Source: Candidatus Fervidifonticultor secundus (GTDB lineage Bacteria > Sysuimicrobiota > Sysuimicrobiia > Sysuimicrobiales > Humicultoraceae). Taken from it: a stretch of 64,000 nucleotides of DNA. The stretch is taken from NCBI GenBank assembly GCA_031459385.1, contig JAVKIP010000001.1, positions 1-64,000 on the forward strand, in the 5' to 3' direction. Shown here piece after piece: positions 20,194 through 29,695 of this stretch (positions within the stretch are counted from its first letter, which is position 1; each line of letters starts with the position of its first letter). The position numbers and the translations under genes are program-made. A model generated the notes under the pieces. The model worked only from the letters and a program-made list of their open reading frames with translations, was not told where the DNA came from and ran no database searches.

Positions 20194-21318
20194 ATGCTGC
20201 GGTTTCTGACCGCCGGGGAGTCGCACGGGCGCGCGCTGGTGGCCACGCTCGAGGGGCTGCCGGCCGGCGTCCCGGTCGACGAGGAGTACATCAACGCCCA
20301 GCTGGCGCGCCGCCAGCACGGTTACGGCCGCGGCGGCCGTATGCAGCTCGAGCAGGACCGCGTGGAGATCATCGCCGGCGTGATCCGGGGAGAGACGATC
20401 GGGGCGCCCCTGGCGCTGTGGATCGGTAACCGGGACTGGCGCTCCGACGAACCCGACATCACCCGCCCGCGGCCGGGGCATACCGATCTGGTGGGCGCGC
20501 TCAAGTACGGGTTCGACGAGGTCCGGCGGGTGCTGGAGCGGTCCAGCGCGCGCGAGACTGCGGCGCGCGTGGCCGTGGGCGCGGTGTGCAGGCGCTTCCT
20601 GGGCGCGTTTGGCGTGACGATCTTCAGCCACGTCACCGAGATCGGAGGGGAGGCCATCCGAGTACGGCCGGCGCAGTGGGAGGAGATTCCGACCCGGACC
20701 GAGGCGTCCCCGGTGCGCTGCGTCGACCCCGATGCCGAGCAACGCATGATGGCCGCCATCGACGCCGCGGCAGAGCGCGGGGATACCCTGGGCGGGGTGT
20801 TCGAAGTGGTGGTGCTCGGCCTGCCGCCGGGGCTGGGGAGCTACGTGCACTGGGACCGCAAGCTCGATGCGCGGCTGGCCGCCGCGCTCATGTCGATCAA
20901 CGCTATCAAGGGCGTGGAGGTGGGCCTGGGGTTCGAGGCGGCGCGGACGCCCGGCAGCCGGGCGCACGACGAGATCTTCTACGATCCGCATCGCGGGTTC
21001 TACCGGCAGACGAACCGCGCGGGCGGACTCGAAGGAGGCATGACCAGCGGGGACCCGCTGATCGTGCGGGCGGCCATGAAGCCCCTCTCGACGTTGCGCA
21101 CGCCGCTGCGCTCGGTAGACCTGCGGACTAAGGAACCGGTCGAGGCGGTCGTGGTCCGCAGCGACGTCTGCGCCGTCCCGGCTGCGGGCGTCATCGGCGA
21201 GGCGATGGTGGCCTATGTGCTGGCAGATGCGTTCCTCGAGAAGTTCGGGGGCGACGCGATGCGGCACATCCGGTATGCCTACGAGCAGTTCGTGGCCGAG
21301 GCCCGCCGCGCGCCCTGA
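20194..21318 (+). CDS. aroC: Chorismate synthase
   Basis: [50 protein letters not shown]. Confidence 0.98.
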   Translation: MLRFLTAGESHGRALVATLEGLPAGVPVDEEYINAQLARRQHGYGRGGRMQLEQDRVEIIAGVIRGETIGAPLALWIGNRDWRSDEPDITRPRPGHTDLVGALKYGFDEVRRVLERSSARETAARVAVGAVCRRFLGAFGVTIFSHVTEIGGEAIRVRPAQWEEIPTRTEASPVRCVDPDAEQRMMAAIDAAAERGDTLGGVFEVVVLGLPPGLGSYVHWDRKLDARLAAALMSINAIKGVEVGLGFEAARTPGSRAHDEIFYDPHRGFYRQTNRAGGLEGGMTSGDPLIVRAAMKPLSTLRTPLRSVDLRTKEPVEAVVVRSDVCAVPAAGVIGEAMVAYVLADAFLEKFGGDAMRHIRYAYEQFVAEARRAP

Positions 21319-21333
21319 GGAGGTCCGGCCGCC

Positions 21334-21900
21334 GTGCTCACCATCGTGGGCCGCCGGGTGCACCTGCGGGAGTTCCGGCCCGGGGATGCCGCTTGGCTCG
21401 TCCGGGCCATGGCGCGCGGGTCCTGGTGGCGGTGGGATGCCCCCTGGGAGGGGCGCCCGCAGCACGAGGAGCTGCGTCGCATCCCTGCTCGCGTCGCGCT
21501 GTTGATCCGCGAGCGCGCGTCGCCGCCTCGGCGCATGGTGATCGAGACCCGCGCCGCGCGGCCGATTGGGACCCTCTCGCGCTACTGGGTCGACGAGCGC
21601 ACGCAGTGGCTGGAGGTGGGGATCGCGATCTACTCTGCCCGGGACTGGGGCCACGGATACGGGTTCGAGGCGCTGGGCCTGTGGGTGGAGCACCTGCTGA
21701 CCGAGATGCCGCTGCGCCGGGTCGGGCTGCGGACCTGGTCCGGCAATGCGCGGATGGTGCGGCTCGCGCGACGGCTGGGGTTCCGGCTCGAGGCCAGGTT
21801 CCGGCAGGCTTACGCGGCGTCCGGCCGTGTCTACGACCGGCTGGCATTCGGTCTGTTACGGGGCGAGTGGCGGCGCGTGCGGCGGACGTGGTGGCGATGA
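21334..21900 (+). CDS. RimJ/RimL-type GNAT acetyltransferase
   Basis: EVGIAIY..WGHGYGFEAL, TWSGNARMVRLARRLGF. Confidence 0.88.
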   Translation: MLTIVGRRVHLREFRPGDAAWLVRAMARGSWWRWDAPWEGRPQHEELRRIPARVALLIRERASPPRRMVIETRAARPIGTLSRYWVDERTQWLEVGIAIYSARDWGHGYGFEALGLWVEHLLTEMPLRRVGLRTWSGNARMVRLARRLGFRLEARFRQAYAASGRVYDRLAFGLLRGEWRRVRRTWWR

Positions 21901-23498
21901 CGGGGTCCGCAATGCGCGCCATCACGCTGGTGGGCCCGATGGGCTCGGGGAAGAGCGCGGCGGGGCGCGCGCTGGCCGACCGCCTGGGCTGGGCGTTCGT
22001 CGACACCGACGTGCTGATCGCAGACCGCGAAGGGCGCAGCATCGCTGAACTCTTTCGCGAGCGCGGGGAAGCGGGCTTCCGGCGCGTGGAGCGGGCCGTG
22101 GTGCGCGAGGTCGCCCGGCGCTCCCGGGTCGTGATCGCCACGGGCGGCGGCGCCATCGTGGCGCCGGTCAGCCGGCGGCTGCTGCACGCGGCCGGACCGG
22201 TCTTCTACCTCCGCGCGCCGGTGGAGGTGCTGGCCGAGCGTGTCGGGGGCGACCCCGGACGGCCGCTGCTGGGGGACGACCCGCGGGCGGCGCTGGCACG
22301 CCTGGTGGTCGAGCGCGAGCGCTTTTACGAGGCCGACACGGTCGTCATCGACGGTACCGCCCCCCTCGCAGAGGTCGTCGATGCGATGGTGGCGGCTCTG
22401 GACGCGCGGCGTCGCACCGTGCGCGTCCGCGCGGGCGCGGCGGCCTATGACGTCAAGATCGGTGCCGGCACGCTGGCGCTGCTCGGGGTGGACCTGCAGC
22501 GCCTGGGTGTGCAGGGGACGGCGGCGATCGTGACGCACACCGGGCTGGCGCGGCGGTTCGGGCCAGCGGTCACAGCGGCCCTGGAGGCCGTCGGCCTGCG
22601 GTCCGTCCTGGTCACGGTGCCGGCCGGCGAGCGGGCGAAGAGCCTGCGGCAGGCCGCGCGGGTGATCGACCGCCTGGCGGCGGCGGGGCTGGAGCGCGAC
22701 GCGACGGTGCTGGCGGTAGGCGGTGGCGTCGTGGGTGATCTGGCCGGGTTCGTGGCCGGCGTGTACATGCGGGGGATCCGCCTGGTCCAGGTGCCGACCA
22801 CGCTGCTCGCGCAGATCGACAGCAGCGTCGGTGGCAAGACGGCTGTGAACCACTCGCGCGCCAAGAACCTGATCGGCGTCTATCACCAGCCTGCGCTCGT
22901 CGTTGCCGACCTCGCCACGCTGCGCAGCCTGCCCGCCCGCGAGCAGAAGGCGGGGCTGGCAGAGGCGGTGAAGTACGCGATGACGCTCGACGCGGCTCTG
23001 CTCGACCTACTGGAGCGGTACGCGGTCGGTGGCGATCGCCGGGAGATCGAGATCCTCGGGGAGATCGTCACGCGCTGCGTCGCGCTGAAGGCCCGGGTGG
23101 TCGAGGAAGACGAGCGCGAGCAGGGGCCCCGCGAGATCCTCAACTACGGGCACACCGTAGGGCATGCGGTGGAGGCGGCCTGGCCGGGCCGGTTCGTCCA
23201 CGGCGAGGCTGTGGCCGTCGGGATGCAGGTGGAGGCCCGGGTGGCGGTCCGCCTGGGCCTGCTGTCGGAGGACGCAGCGGCCCGGCAGCGTGCCCTGCTG
23301 GAACGCCTGGGCCTGCCGGTGACCCTGCCCGCCGGTCCGGTGGAGTCCGTGCTGGAAGCGATCCGGCTGGACAAGAAGCGGCGCGCAGGCAGGCTGCGGT
23401 GTACGCTGCCGGAAGGAGTCGGCCGGGCGCGGCTCGGGGTCGAGGTCGACGACGCCGTGCTGCGGGAGGTCCTGGTAGCGTGCCAAGAGTCCTGGTGA
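21897..23498 (+). CDS. aroKB: Bifunctional shikimate kinase / 3-dehydroquinate synthase
   Basis: GPMGSGKS, VIATGGG and RPLL (AroK) fused to GGGVVGDLAGF, PTTLLAQIDSSVGGKT and LNYGHT (AroB); ATG 21897 overlaps the upstream stop. Confidence 0.95.
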   Translation: MTGSAMRAITLVGPMGSGKSAAGRALADRLGWAFVDTDVLIADREGRSIAELFRERGEAGFRRVERAVVREVARRSRVVIATGGGAIVAPVSRRLLHAAGPVFYLRAPVEVLAERVGGDPGRPLLGDDPRAALARLVVERERFYEADTVVIDGTAPLAEVVDAMVAALDARRRTVRVRAGAAAYDVKIGAGTLALLGVDLQRLGVQGTAAIVTHTGLARRFGPAVTAALEAVGLRSVLVTVPAGERAKSLRQAARVIDRLAAAGLERDATVLAVGGGVVGDLAGFVAGVYMRGIRLVQVPTTLLAQIDSSVGGKTAVNHSRAKNLIGVYHQPALVVADLATLRSLPAREQKAGLAEAVKYAMTLDAALLDLLERYAVGGDRREIEILGEIVTRCVALKARVVEEDEREQGPREILNYGHTVGHAVEAAWPGRFVHGEAVAVGMQVEARVAVRLGLLSEDAAARQRALLERLGLPVTLPAGPVESVLEAIRLDKKRRAGRLRCTLPEGVGRARLGVEVDDAVLREVLVACQESW

Positions 23499-23935
23499 TG
23501 TACGGGCCCAACCTGAACCTGCTGGGCGCGCGCGAGCCCCAGCACTACGGGGGGCTGTCGCTGGACGCGATCAACGGGCGGGTGGCCGAGGCCGCGCAGC
23601 GCCTCGGGCTGGAGGTCGAGTTCTTTCAGTCGAACCACGAAGGCGCCCTCATCGACCGCCTGCACGCTGCACCGGCGACGTACGATGCGGTCGTGCTGAA
23701 TCCCGGAGGCCTCGGCCACACCTCGGTGGCGCTCCGCGATGCGGTGGCGGCCATCGATGTTCCCGTGGTTGAGTGCCACCTCTCGAACGTCGCGCGGCGT
23801 GAGCCGTTTCGCCACCGTTCCCTCCTCACCGCGGTCTGCGCCGGTGTGGTGGCGGGCTTCGGGCCTGCCAGCATGGTGCTCGGCCTGCACGCGGCCGCCC
23901 TGCTGCTCCAGGCGCGCCGGGAGGAGGGGCGCTGA
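23480..23935 (+). CDS. aroQ: Type II 3-dehydroquinate dehydratase
   Basis: GPNLNLLGAREPQHYG, QSNHEG, NPGG, HTSVALRDA, HLSN, REPFRH. Confidence 0.96.
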   Translation: MPRVLVMYGPNLNLLGAREPQHYGGLSLDAINGRVAEAAQRLGLEVEFFQSNHEGALIDRLHAAPATYDAVVLNPGGLGHTSVALRDAVAAIDVPVVECHLSNVARREPFRHRSLLTAVCAGVVAGFGPASMVLGLHAAALLLQARREEGR

Positions 23936-24384
23936 TGCACGTCCGGGGCGTGCGCGGAGCCGTGACCGCCGAGGCCAACACGGAGCAGGCCATTCTGGAC
24001 GCCACCCGGACGCTGCTGGCGGAGATGGCCCGGGCCAACGACGTGGAGCCGCACGAGATCGCCGCGATCGTCTTTACGGCGACCCCCGACCTGACCGCGG
24101 CCTTCCCGGCGGAGGCCGCCCGGCAGCTGGGGTGGCTCTCGGTGCCGTTGATGTCGGGCGTGGAGATCGACGTGCCCGGGGCGCTTCCGCGGTGCATTCG
24201 GGTGCTGATGCTCTGGAACACCCCGCGGGCGCCGGAGGAAGTCGTCCACGTCTACCTCGGCGATGCCACGCGGCTGCGGCCCGATCTGGCCGCGTCGGCC
24301 CGAGGCGCGGACGGCGACCCGTCTCGTGACCAGGCGAGGGGGAGCCACCGCGGGCAGGAGATCTTCCGTGTCCCTCCCGGATGA
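23935..24384 (+). CDS. aroH: Chorismate mutase, AroH class
   Basis: VRGVRGAVT, TPDLTAAFPA, LPRCIRVL, HVYLG..LRPDL. Confidence 0.95.
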   Translation: MHVRGVRGAVTAEANTEQAILDATRTLLAEMARANDVEPHEIAAIVFTATPDLTAAFPAEAARQLGWLSVPLMSGVEIDVPGALPRCIRVLMLWNTPRAPEEVVHVYLGDATRLRPDLAASARGADGDPSRDQARGSHRGQEIFRVPPG

Positions 24385-25660
24385 GCCGGCGCGCGAGATC
24401 CGGCCGCTGCGCCGACCGCCCGACGCTCGCGTCCCGATCCCCGGGGCCAAGAGCCTGACGAACCGCGCGCTGGTGGTCGCGGCGCTGGCCGCGGGGCGCA
24501 CCCGGCTCTCGAACGTCCTGCTGAGCGACGACACCCTCGTCATGGTCGAGGCCCTGCGGCGCCTCGGCGTGGGGGTCGAGGTGGACCGGGCCGCGCAGGC
24601 GATGTGCATCGACGGCTGTGGCGGGGAGCTCTCGGTTCGGGGTGCGGTGCTCGACGCCCGGGGGGCCGGCACGGTCGCGCGGTTCCTGACCGCAGTGGTC
24701 GCCCTGGGCAGCGGACGGTTCGTGATCGACGGCAGCCTGCGCATGCGCCAGCGGCCGATCCAGGATCTGGTGGACGCGCTGAACGCGCTGGGTGCGCACG
24801 CCCGGGCGCCCAGCGGGTGCCCGCCCGTTGTGGTCGAGGCGTGCGGGTTGCGCGGCGGGCGCGCCGTGGTGCGGGGGGAGGTGAGCAGCCAGTTCCTTTC
24901 GGGACTCCTGCTCGCGGCGCCCTACGCGCAGACCGACGTCGAGCTGGTGGTGGACGGCGCCCTGGTGGGGGCGCCGTACGTGGAGATGACGCTGGCGGTC
25001 ATGGCGGCGTTCGGCGTGGCCGTGGAGCGGGACGACCTGCGCCGGTTCCGCGTGCTGGCCGGCCAGCGCTACCGCGCGCGCGACTACGTGGTGGAGCCCG
25101 ACGCCAGCAGCGCGGCGTACTTCTTCGCCGCCGCGGCCGTCACCGGCGGGCGCGTGGAGGTGCCCGGGCTCACGGCGGGCTCGGTGCAGGGGGATGCACG
25201 GTTCGTGGACGTGCTGGAACAGATGGGCTGCCGCGCCACGCGCAGCGCGGGTGCGCTGGCCGTGGAGGGACCCGCCGTGCTGCGCGCCGTCGACGTCGAC
25301 CTGGCCGCCATGAGCGACCAGACCATGACGCTGGCCGCCCTGGCGCCGTTTGCCGACGGGGCGACGCGGATCCGGGGCGTGGCGCACATCCGCCACCAGG
25401 AGTCTGACCGCCTGGCGGCCACGGCGGCGGAGCTGCGGCGCCTGGGGCAGGACGTCGAGGAGTTCGCCGACGGTCTGCGCGTCTCCCCGCAGCCGGTGCG
25501 GCCGGTGACCGTGGCCACCTACGACGACCACCGCATGGCCATGGCCTTCGCCCTGGTGGGCCTGCGCGTCCCCGGCATCCGCATCGCCGGCCCCGGGTGT
25601 GTGAGCAAAACGTTCCCCGACTTCTTCGACCGGCTGGAGCTCCTGCGCGCCGCCGGGTGA
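24368..25660 (+). CDS. aroA: 3-phosphoshikimate 1-carboxyvinyltransferase (EPSP synthase)
   Basis: PGAKSLTNRAL, AGTVARFL, SSQFLSGLL, EPDASSA, ESDR, DDHRMAM, CVSKTFPDFF; start approximate. Confidence 0.97.
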   Translation: MSLPDEPAREIRPLRRPPDARVPIPGAKSLTNRALVVAALAAGRTRLSNVLLSDDTLVMVEALRRLGVGVEVDRAAQAMCIDGCGGELSVRGAVLDARGAGTVARFLTAVVALGSGRFVIDGSLRMRQRPIQDLVDALNALGAHARAPSGCPPVVVEACGLRGGRAVVRGEVSSQFLSGLLLAAPYAQTDVELVVDGALVGAPYVEMTLAVMAAFGVAVERDDLRRFRVLAGQRYRARDYVVEPDASSAAYFFAAAAVTGGRVEVPGLTAGSVQGDARFVDVLEQMGCRATRSAGALAVEGPAVLRAVDVDLAAMSDQTMTLAALAPFADGATRIRGVAHIRHQESDRLAATAAELRRLGQDVEEFADGLRVSPQPVRPVTVATYDDHRMAMAFALVGLRVPGIRIAGPGCVSKTFPDFFDRLELLRAAG

Positions 25661-25663
25661 CGG

Positions 25664-26620
25664 TCAGCGGCCCGGCCCGGTCTCGCGCAGGAAGCGGTCC
25701 CACCGCAGGCGGCCGGGCGGCTGCTGCGCACCCCGCGCGTACGCGACCGCCAGGTCGGCCATCTTGTCCACCACCCAGCGGAACGCCACCTCGGGCAGGC
25801 GCGTGCGGTCGAAGTCGGGCGCGGGGTTCAGGAAGTCGATGGCGTAGGGGACGCCGTCGCGGACGGCGAACTCTACCGCGTTCATATCGTAGCCCGTGGC
25901 CTCGCAGATCAGCCGCGCGTCGTGCTCCACCCGCGCCAGCAGGTCGGCCGGCAGGGGCGCCTCCGCGACGATGTAGCGGTCGGGCCAGGGCCGCCGCGGG
26001 TCCCAGCAGACCGGCAGTACGTCCCGCCGGCCGATGCACAGGCAGCGGAGGTGGTCGTCGGCCTCGATGTACTCCTGGAGGATCATCGTGCGCAGGCCCG
26101 TCTGATCGTAGCAGCGCCAGAGTTCCTCCACGGAGTGTACCTTGTACACGTGCTGCAGGCCGCCCCCGAGGTTGGGCTTGAGGATCGCAGGGAGGCCCAC
26201 GTAGGCCACGAGCTCTTGCCACGGCAGCGGGTAGACCAGGTTGCGCAGCGAGGCCGGAGTGACCACGTCGACGTAGGCCTTGTTGGGGAGCACGACGGTT
26301 CGGGGCGTGGCCACCCCCAAGCGGGCCACCAGCGCGGTCCCGAAGAACTTCTCGTCGGCCGACCACCAGAACGGGTTGTTGATCACCACGGTGCCCAGAA
26401 GCGTCGCATACTTCAGCGCGCTGCGGTAGTAGGGAACCAGGTGTGAGATCCGGTCGATGATCACGGCGTACGCGCGGGGCGCGTCCAGCCGCGTGCCGGC
26501 TAGCCGGCAGTACTCGGCGCGGATGCCATCGACCCCGCGGCGGTTGACCTCCTCGATGAGGGCCTGGGGGAACGACCGCTCGCGCCCGACGAGCAGGCCG
26601 ATGGTGCGGGGCGCGTGCAC
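25664..26620 (-). CDS. RimK/glutathione-synthetase-like ATP-grasp ligase
   Basis: GTG 26620 with SD GAGGAG; IIDRISH, INNPFWWSADEKFF, KPNLGGG, LQEYI, NAVEFAV..PYAIDFLNPAPD. Confidence 0.85.
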   Translation of the reverse strand: MHAPRTIGLLVGRERSFPQALIEEVNRRGVDGIRAEYCRLAGTRLDAPRAYAVIIDRISHLVPYYRSALKYATLLGTVVINNPFWWSADEKFFGTALVARLGVATPRTVVLPNKAYVDVVTPASLRNLVYPLPWQELVAYVGLPAILKPNLGGGLQHVYKVHSVEELWRCYDQTGLRTMILQEYIEADDHLRCLCIGRRDVLPVCWDPRRPWPDRYIVAEAPLPADLLARVEHDARLICEATGYDMNAVEFAVRDGVPYAIDFLNPAPDFDRTRLPEVAFRWVVDKMADLAVAYARGAQQPPGRLRWDRFLRETGPGR

Positions 26621-26652
26621 CGGCAGCGGCTCCTCTACGGGAGCGCCGTGGT

Positions 26653-27357
26653 TCAGAGGTAGTGCGGGATCGCCTCTCGCCACAGCGGCCAGTCGTGCGT
26701 GTAGTCCCACCAGACGACGCACCGCACGGGAACGCCTTTGGCCGTCAGCACGTCGGCCACGTACTGGGTGGACTGCCGGGCCAGGTCGTGCTCGCCGGTC
26801 ACCAGGACGATCTCCATGCGGCGCAGCGGCGCCAGGTAGGTCTCGTCGGCCAGGTTCGGCAGGTAGTCGACCGGACAGTTGAAGTAGACGTCGTCGTCGT
26901 AGTAGCCGTCGAGGAACCCCTTGATGTCGTAGCGGCCCGACAGCGCCACGAGCTTCGTGACCAGGTGCGGGTGGCGGAACGTCAGGTTCGCGGCGTGATA
27001 GGCGCCGAAGGAGGTGCCGGTGACCAGCAGCGGGCCAGGGTTGCGTCGCCGGATGAACGGCAGGTATTCGGTGAGAATGTACCGCTCGTAGTCCAGGTGG
27101 CGGAGCACGCGCTGGCGCGGCGGAACCGCGCGGTTGTACCAGGACTCGGCGTCCACGCTGTCGGGGCAGAAGAGCTGGAGCAGGCCCGCGTCGATCTTCG
27201 CGGCCAGCGCGGCCACCATCCCGAAGTCCTCGTACTGGTAGAACCGGCCCATCGTCGTGGGGAAGACCAGCACCGGCGCGCCGGCGTGCCCGAACACCAG
27301 CGTCTCCATGGAACGGCCGAGGGCAGCGCTGACCCAGTGGTGGTACTCGCGGTTCAT
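26653..27357 (-). CDS. Alpha/beta-hydrolase fold esterase
   Basis: MNREYHHW...FGHAGAPVLVFPT, nucleophile GTSFG, HDWPLW. Confidence 0.88.
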   Translation of the reverse strand: MNREYHHWVSAALGRSMETLVFGHAGAPVLVFPTTMGRFYQYEDFGMVAALAAKIDAGLLQLFCPDSVDAESWYNRAVPPRQRVLRHLDYERYILTEYLPFIRRRNPGPLLVTGTSFGAYHAANLTFRHPHLVTKLVALSGRYDIKGFLDGYYDDDVYFNCPVDYLPNLADETYLAPLRRMEIVLVTGEHDLARQSTQYVADVLTAKGVPVRCVVWWDYTHDWPLWREAIPHYL

Positions 27358-27505
27358 GATAGTAAGAACTGATACGCCACCGCCTCCCCGGTTTCCCGCG
27401 CGGTGCCCGTGCAGACGGCGGCAGCACGCGCCCGGACGGCGACAGCGGCCGCGCGGGGGGCGCCCGCGGAGGGGCGACGCGGCGGGGCGCCGAAAGGCCG
27501 CACGC

Positions 27506-28465
27506 ATGGACGTCGCCGCGGTGGCCGCCGTGGCCCGCCGGGTGCGGGCCAACGTGGAGCAGGTGATCGTCGGCAAGGCCGACGTCATCGAGCTCGCGCT
27601 GGTGGCCGTGCTGTGTGAGGGGCACGTGCTCATCGAGGACGTGCCCGGTATCGGCAAGACGCTGCTGGCCAGGGCGCTGGCCCGGTCCCTGGGCTGCACC
27701 TTCCGCCGGCTGCAGTGCACGCCCGACCTGCTGCCGTCCGACATCACCGGGCTCGAGTATTTCAACCAGCGGACCCAGCAGTTCGAGTTCCGCCCCGGCC
27801 CGGTCTTCAGCCAGGTGGTGCTCGCCGACGAGATCAACCGGGCCACGCCCCGTACCCAGTCGGCGCTGCTCGAGAGCATGGAGGAGCGGCAGGTGACGGT
27901 CGAGGGCACGACCCGGCCGCTGCCCAGGCCCTTCATCGTGCTGGCCACGCAGAACCCGGTGGAGCTGCAGGGCACGTTCCCGCTCCCCGAAGCGCAGCTC
28001 GATCGCTTCCTGCTGCGCCTGACGCTGGGGTACCCGTCGGCAGCGGACGAGCAGGAGATCCTGCGCCGGCAGCGCACGGCGCCCGCGGTGGATGCGCTGG
28101 CCCCGGTGACGACGCCGGACGACGTGCTGGCGCTGCAGGCCACGGCCCGCGGCGTGTACGTGAGCTCGGCGGTCGAGGCGTACATCGTGGCCCTGGCCCG
28201 CGCGACCCGGGCGCATCCGGAGGTCGAGCTCGGGCTCTCCCCGCGGGGCAGCGTGGCGCTCTACCGTGCCGCCCAGGCCCTGGCCGCCGCACGCGGGCGG
28301 TCCTTCGTGCTGCCCGACGACGTCAAGGCCGTGGCGACGCCCGTGATGGCGCACCGGCTGATCGTCAGCAGCGGCGCCCGGCTGCGCGACCGCACCGCCC
28401 GGGAGATCACCGCCGAGGTGTTGCACAGCCTCCCCGCCCCGGTGGAGCGGGAGGCCCGGCCGTAG
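27506..28465 (+). CDS. moxR: MoxR family AAA+ ATPase
   Basis: HVLIEDVPGIGKT, QCTPDLLPSD, LADEINRATPRTQSALLE, LPEAQLDRF, SPRG. Confidence 0.95.
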   Translation: MDVAAVAAVARRVRANVEQVIVGKADVIELALVAVLCEGHVLIEDVPGIGKTLLARALARSLGCTFRRLQCTPDLLPSDITGLEYFNQRTQQFEFRPGPVFSQVVLADEINRATPRTQSALLESMEERQVTVEGTTRPLPRPFIVLATQNPVELQGTFPLPEAQLDRFLLRLTLGYPSAADEQEILRRQRTAPAVDALAPVTTPDDVLALQATARGVYVSSAVEAYIVALARATRAHPEVELGLSPRGSVALYRAAQALAAARGRSFVLPDDVKAVATPVMAHRLIVSSGARLRDRTAREITAEVLHSLPAPVEREARP

Positions 28466-28468
28466 GCC

Positions 28469-29695
28469 GTGTTCACGCAGGGCTGGCTGCTGCTCGGAGG
28501 GCTGCTGCTCGCGCTCGGCCTCGGCGTCCACGCCGGTGGGCCCGTCCTGGTGGGCGTCGTGGTGCTGCTGGGCGCCGGGGTGTCCTACCTCTCGCATCGC
28601 ACGTGCCTGGCCGGCGTGGAGGTCCGCCGCGTGTTCACGCCGCGCCGTGCCTTCTACGGCGAACAGGTGGTCCTGACGCTGGAGGTCACCAACCGGAAGC
28701 CGCTACCGCTGGCGTGGCTCGAGGTCACCGACGAACTGCCGGAGGAGGTGACACCGCGGCGCGGCCGCGTCGTCCCCAGCGTCCGGCAACGCCGCCAGCA
28801 CCTGGTCCACCTCTTCACCCTGCGAGGGTACCAGCGCGTGCGCCGGCGGATTCCCCTGACCTGCACCGCGCGCGGTTACTTTCCGCTGGGACCGCTGCGG
28901 CTGCGGTCAGGGGACCTCTTCGGGATGACGTCGCGGGGGCTGGACCTGCCGCAGACCGACGTCCTGCTGGTCTACCCGCGGGTGGTACCGCTGGCGGCCC
29001 TGGGCCTGCCGGCGTTGCACCCCATGGGCGACCACGACGTCCGTCAGCCGCTGCTGGACGACCCGACCCGCACCGTCGGTGTCCGGGACTACCTGACCGG
29101 CGACCCGTACCGACGGATTCACTGGAAGGCCACGGCCAGGCTGGGCCGGCTGCAGAGCCGCCAGTACGAGGCCACCGTGGCCCACCGGGTGGCGATCTTC
29201 CTGAACCTGGACACGCTGGGCGCCTACGCCGAATACCGGGGGTTCGTCCGGCCGCTGCTGGAGCTGAACATCATGATCGCCGCGTCCGTCGCCGCGTGGG
29301 CCACGGCAGCCGGCCATCCGGTCGGGCTCGTCGCCAACGGCTATCTCCACGGGGCGGTCCAGCGCGTCCGCCTGGCACCCGCGCTGGGCCCCGGGCACCT
29401 CGGGGCGATTCTGGAGGCGCTGGCCAGGGTGTTGCCGACCCCGGTCGTGCCCATCGGCGACCTGATGTACCTGGAGAGCGGCGCGCTGCCGTGGGGCGCG
29501 ACGGCGGTAGTGGTGACCGCCGTGGTGGATCCCGCGTTGCGGGTGGGCGTGCAGCGGCTGCGGGCAGCGGGTCACGCGGTTATCCTGATCCTGGTCGGCG
29601 ACCGGGTGGAGGATCCTGCGCTGGGGGTGCCGACGTGGCGCGTGCGCGGGGAGGTGGGCTGGCGTGCGATGGACGCTATCCGCCCGGCGTCCTGA
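28469..29695 (+). CDS. DUF58 domain protein
   Basis: VRDYLTGDPYRRIHWKATAR motif; directly after moxR. Confidence 0.92.
   Translation: MFTQGWLLLGGLLLALGLGVHAGGPVLVGVVVLLGAGVSYLSHRTCLAGVEVRRVFTPRRAFYGEQVVLTLEVTNRKPLPLAWLEVTDELPEEVTPRRGRVVPSVRQRRQHLVHLFTLRGYQRVRRRIPLTCTARGYFPLGPLRLRSGDLFGMTSRGLDLPQTDVLLVYPRVVPLAALGLPALHPMGDHDVRQPLLDDPTRTVGVRDYLTGDPYRRIHWKATARLGRLQSRQYEATVAHRVAIFLNLDTLGAYAEYRGFVRPLLELNIMIAASVAAWATAAGHPVGLVANGYLHGAVQRVRLAPALGPGHLGAILEALARVLPTPVVPIGDLMYLESGALPWGATAVVVTAVVDPALRVGVQRLRAAGHAVILILVGDRVEDPALGVPTWRVRGEVGWRAMDAIRPAS

Noticed and set aside
18223..21693. 1156-aa minus-strand ORF and similar giant ORFs (35574-38909, 46419-49097)
   Set aside because: Pro/Arg/Gly-rich antisense translations of clear plus-strand genes.
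27355..27400. AT-rich patch upstream of the esterase as a leaderless or ECF promoter
   Set aside because: TACTAT lies only 1 nt from the ATG and the GGAAAC-CGTA spacing is 14 nt; neither fits well enough to call.
25664..28597. 977-aa ORF suggesting a giant ATP-grasp protein
   Set aside because: Only 26620-25664 has ATP-grasp motifs and an SD; the rest overlaps the esterase and moxR genes.
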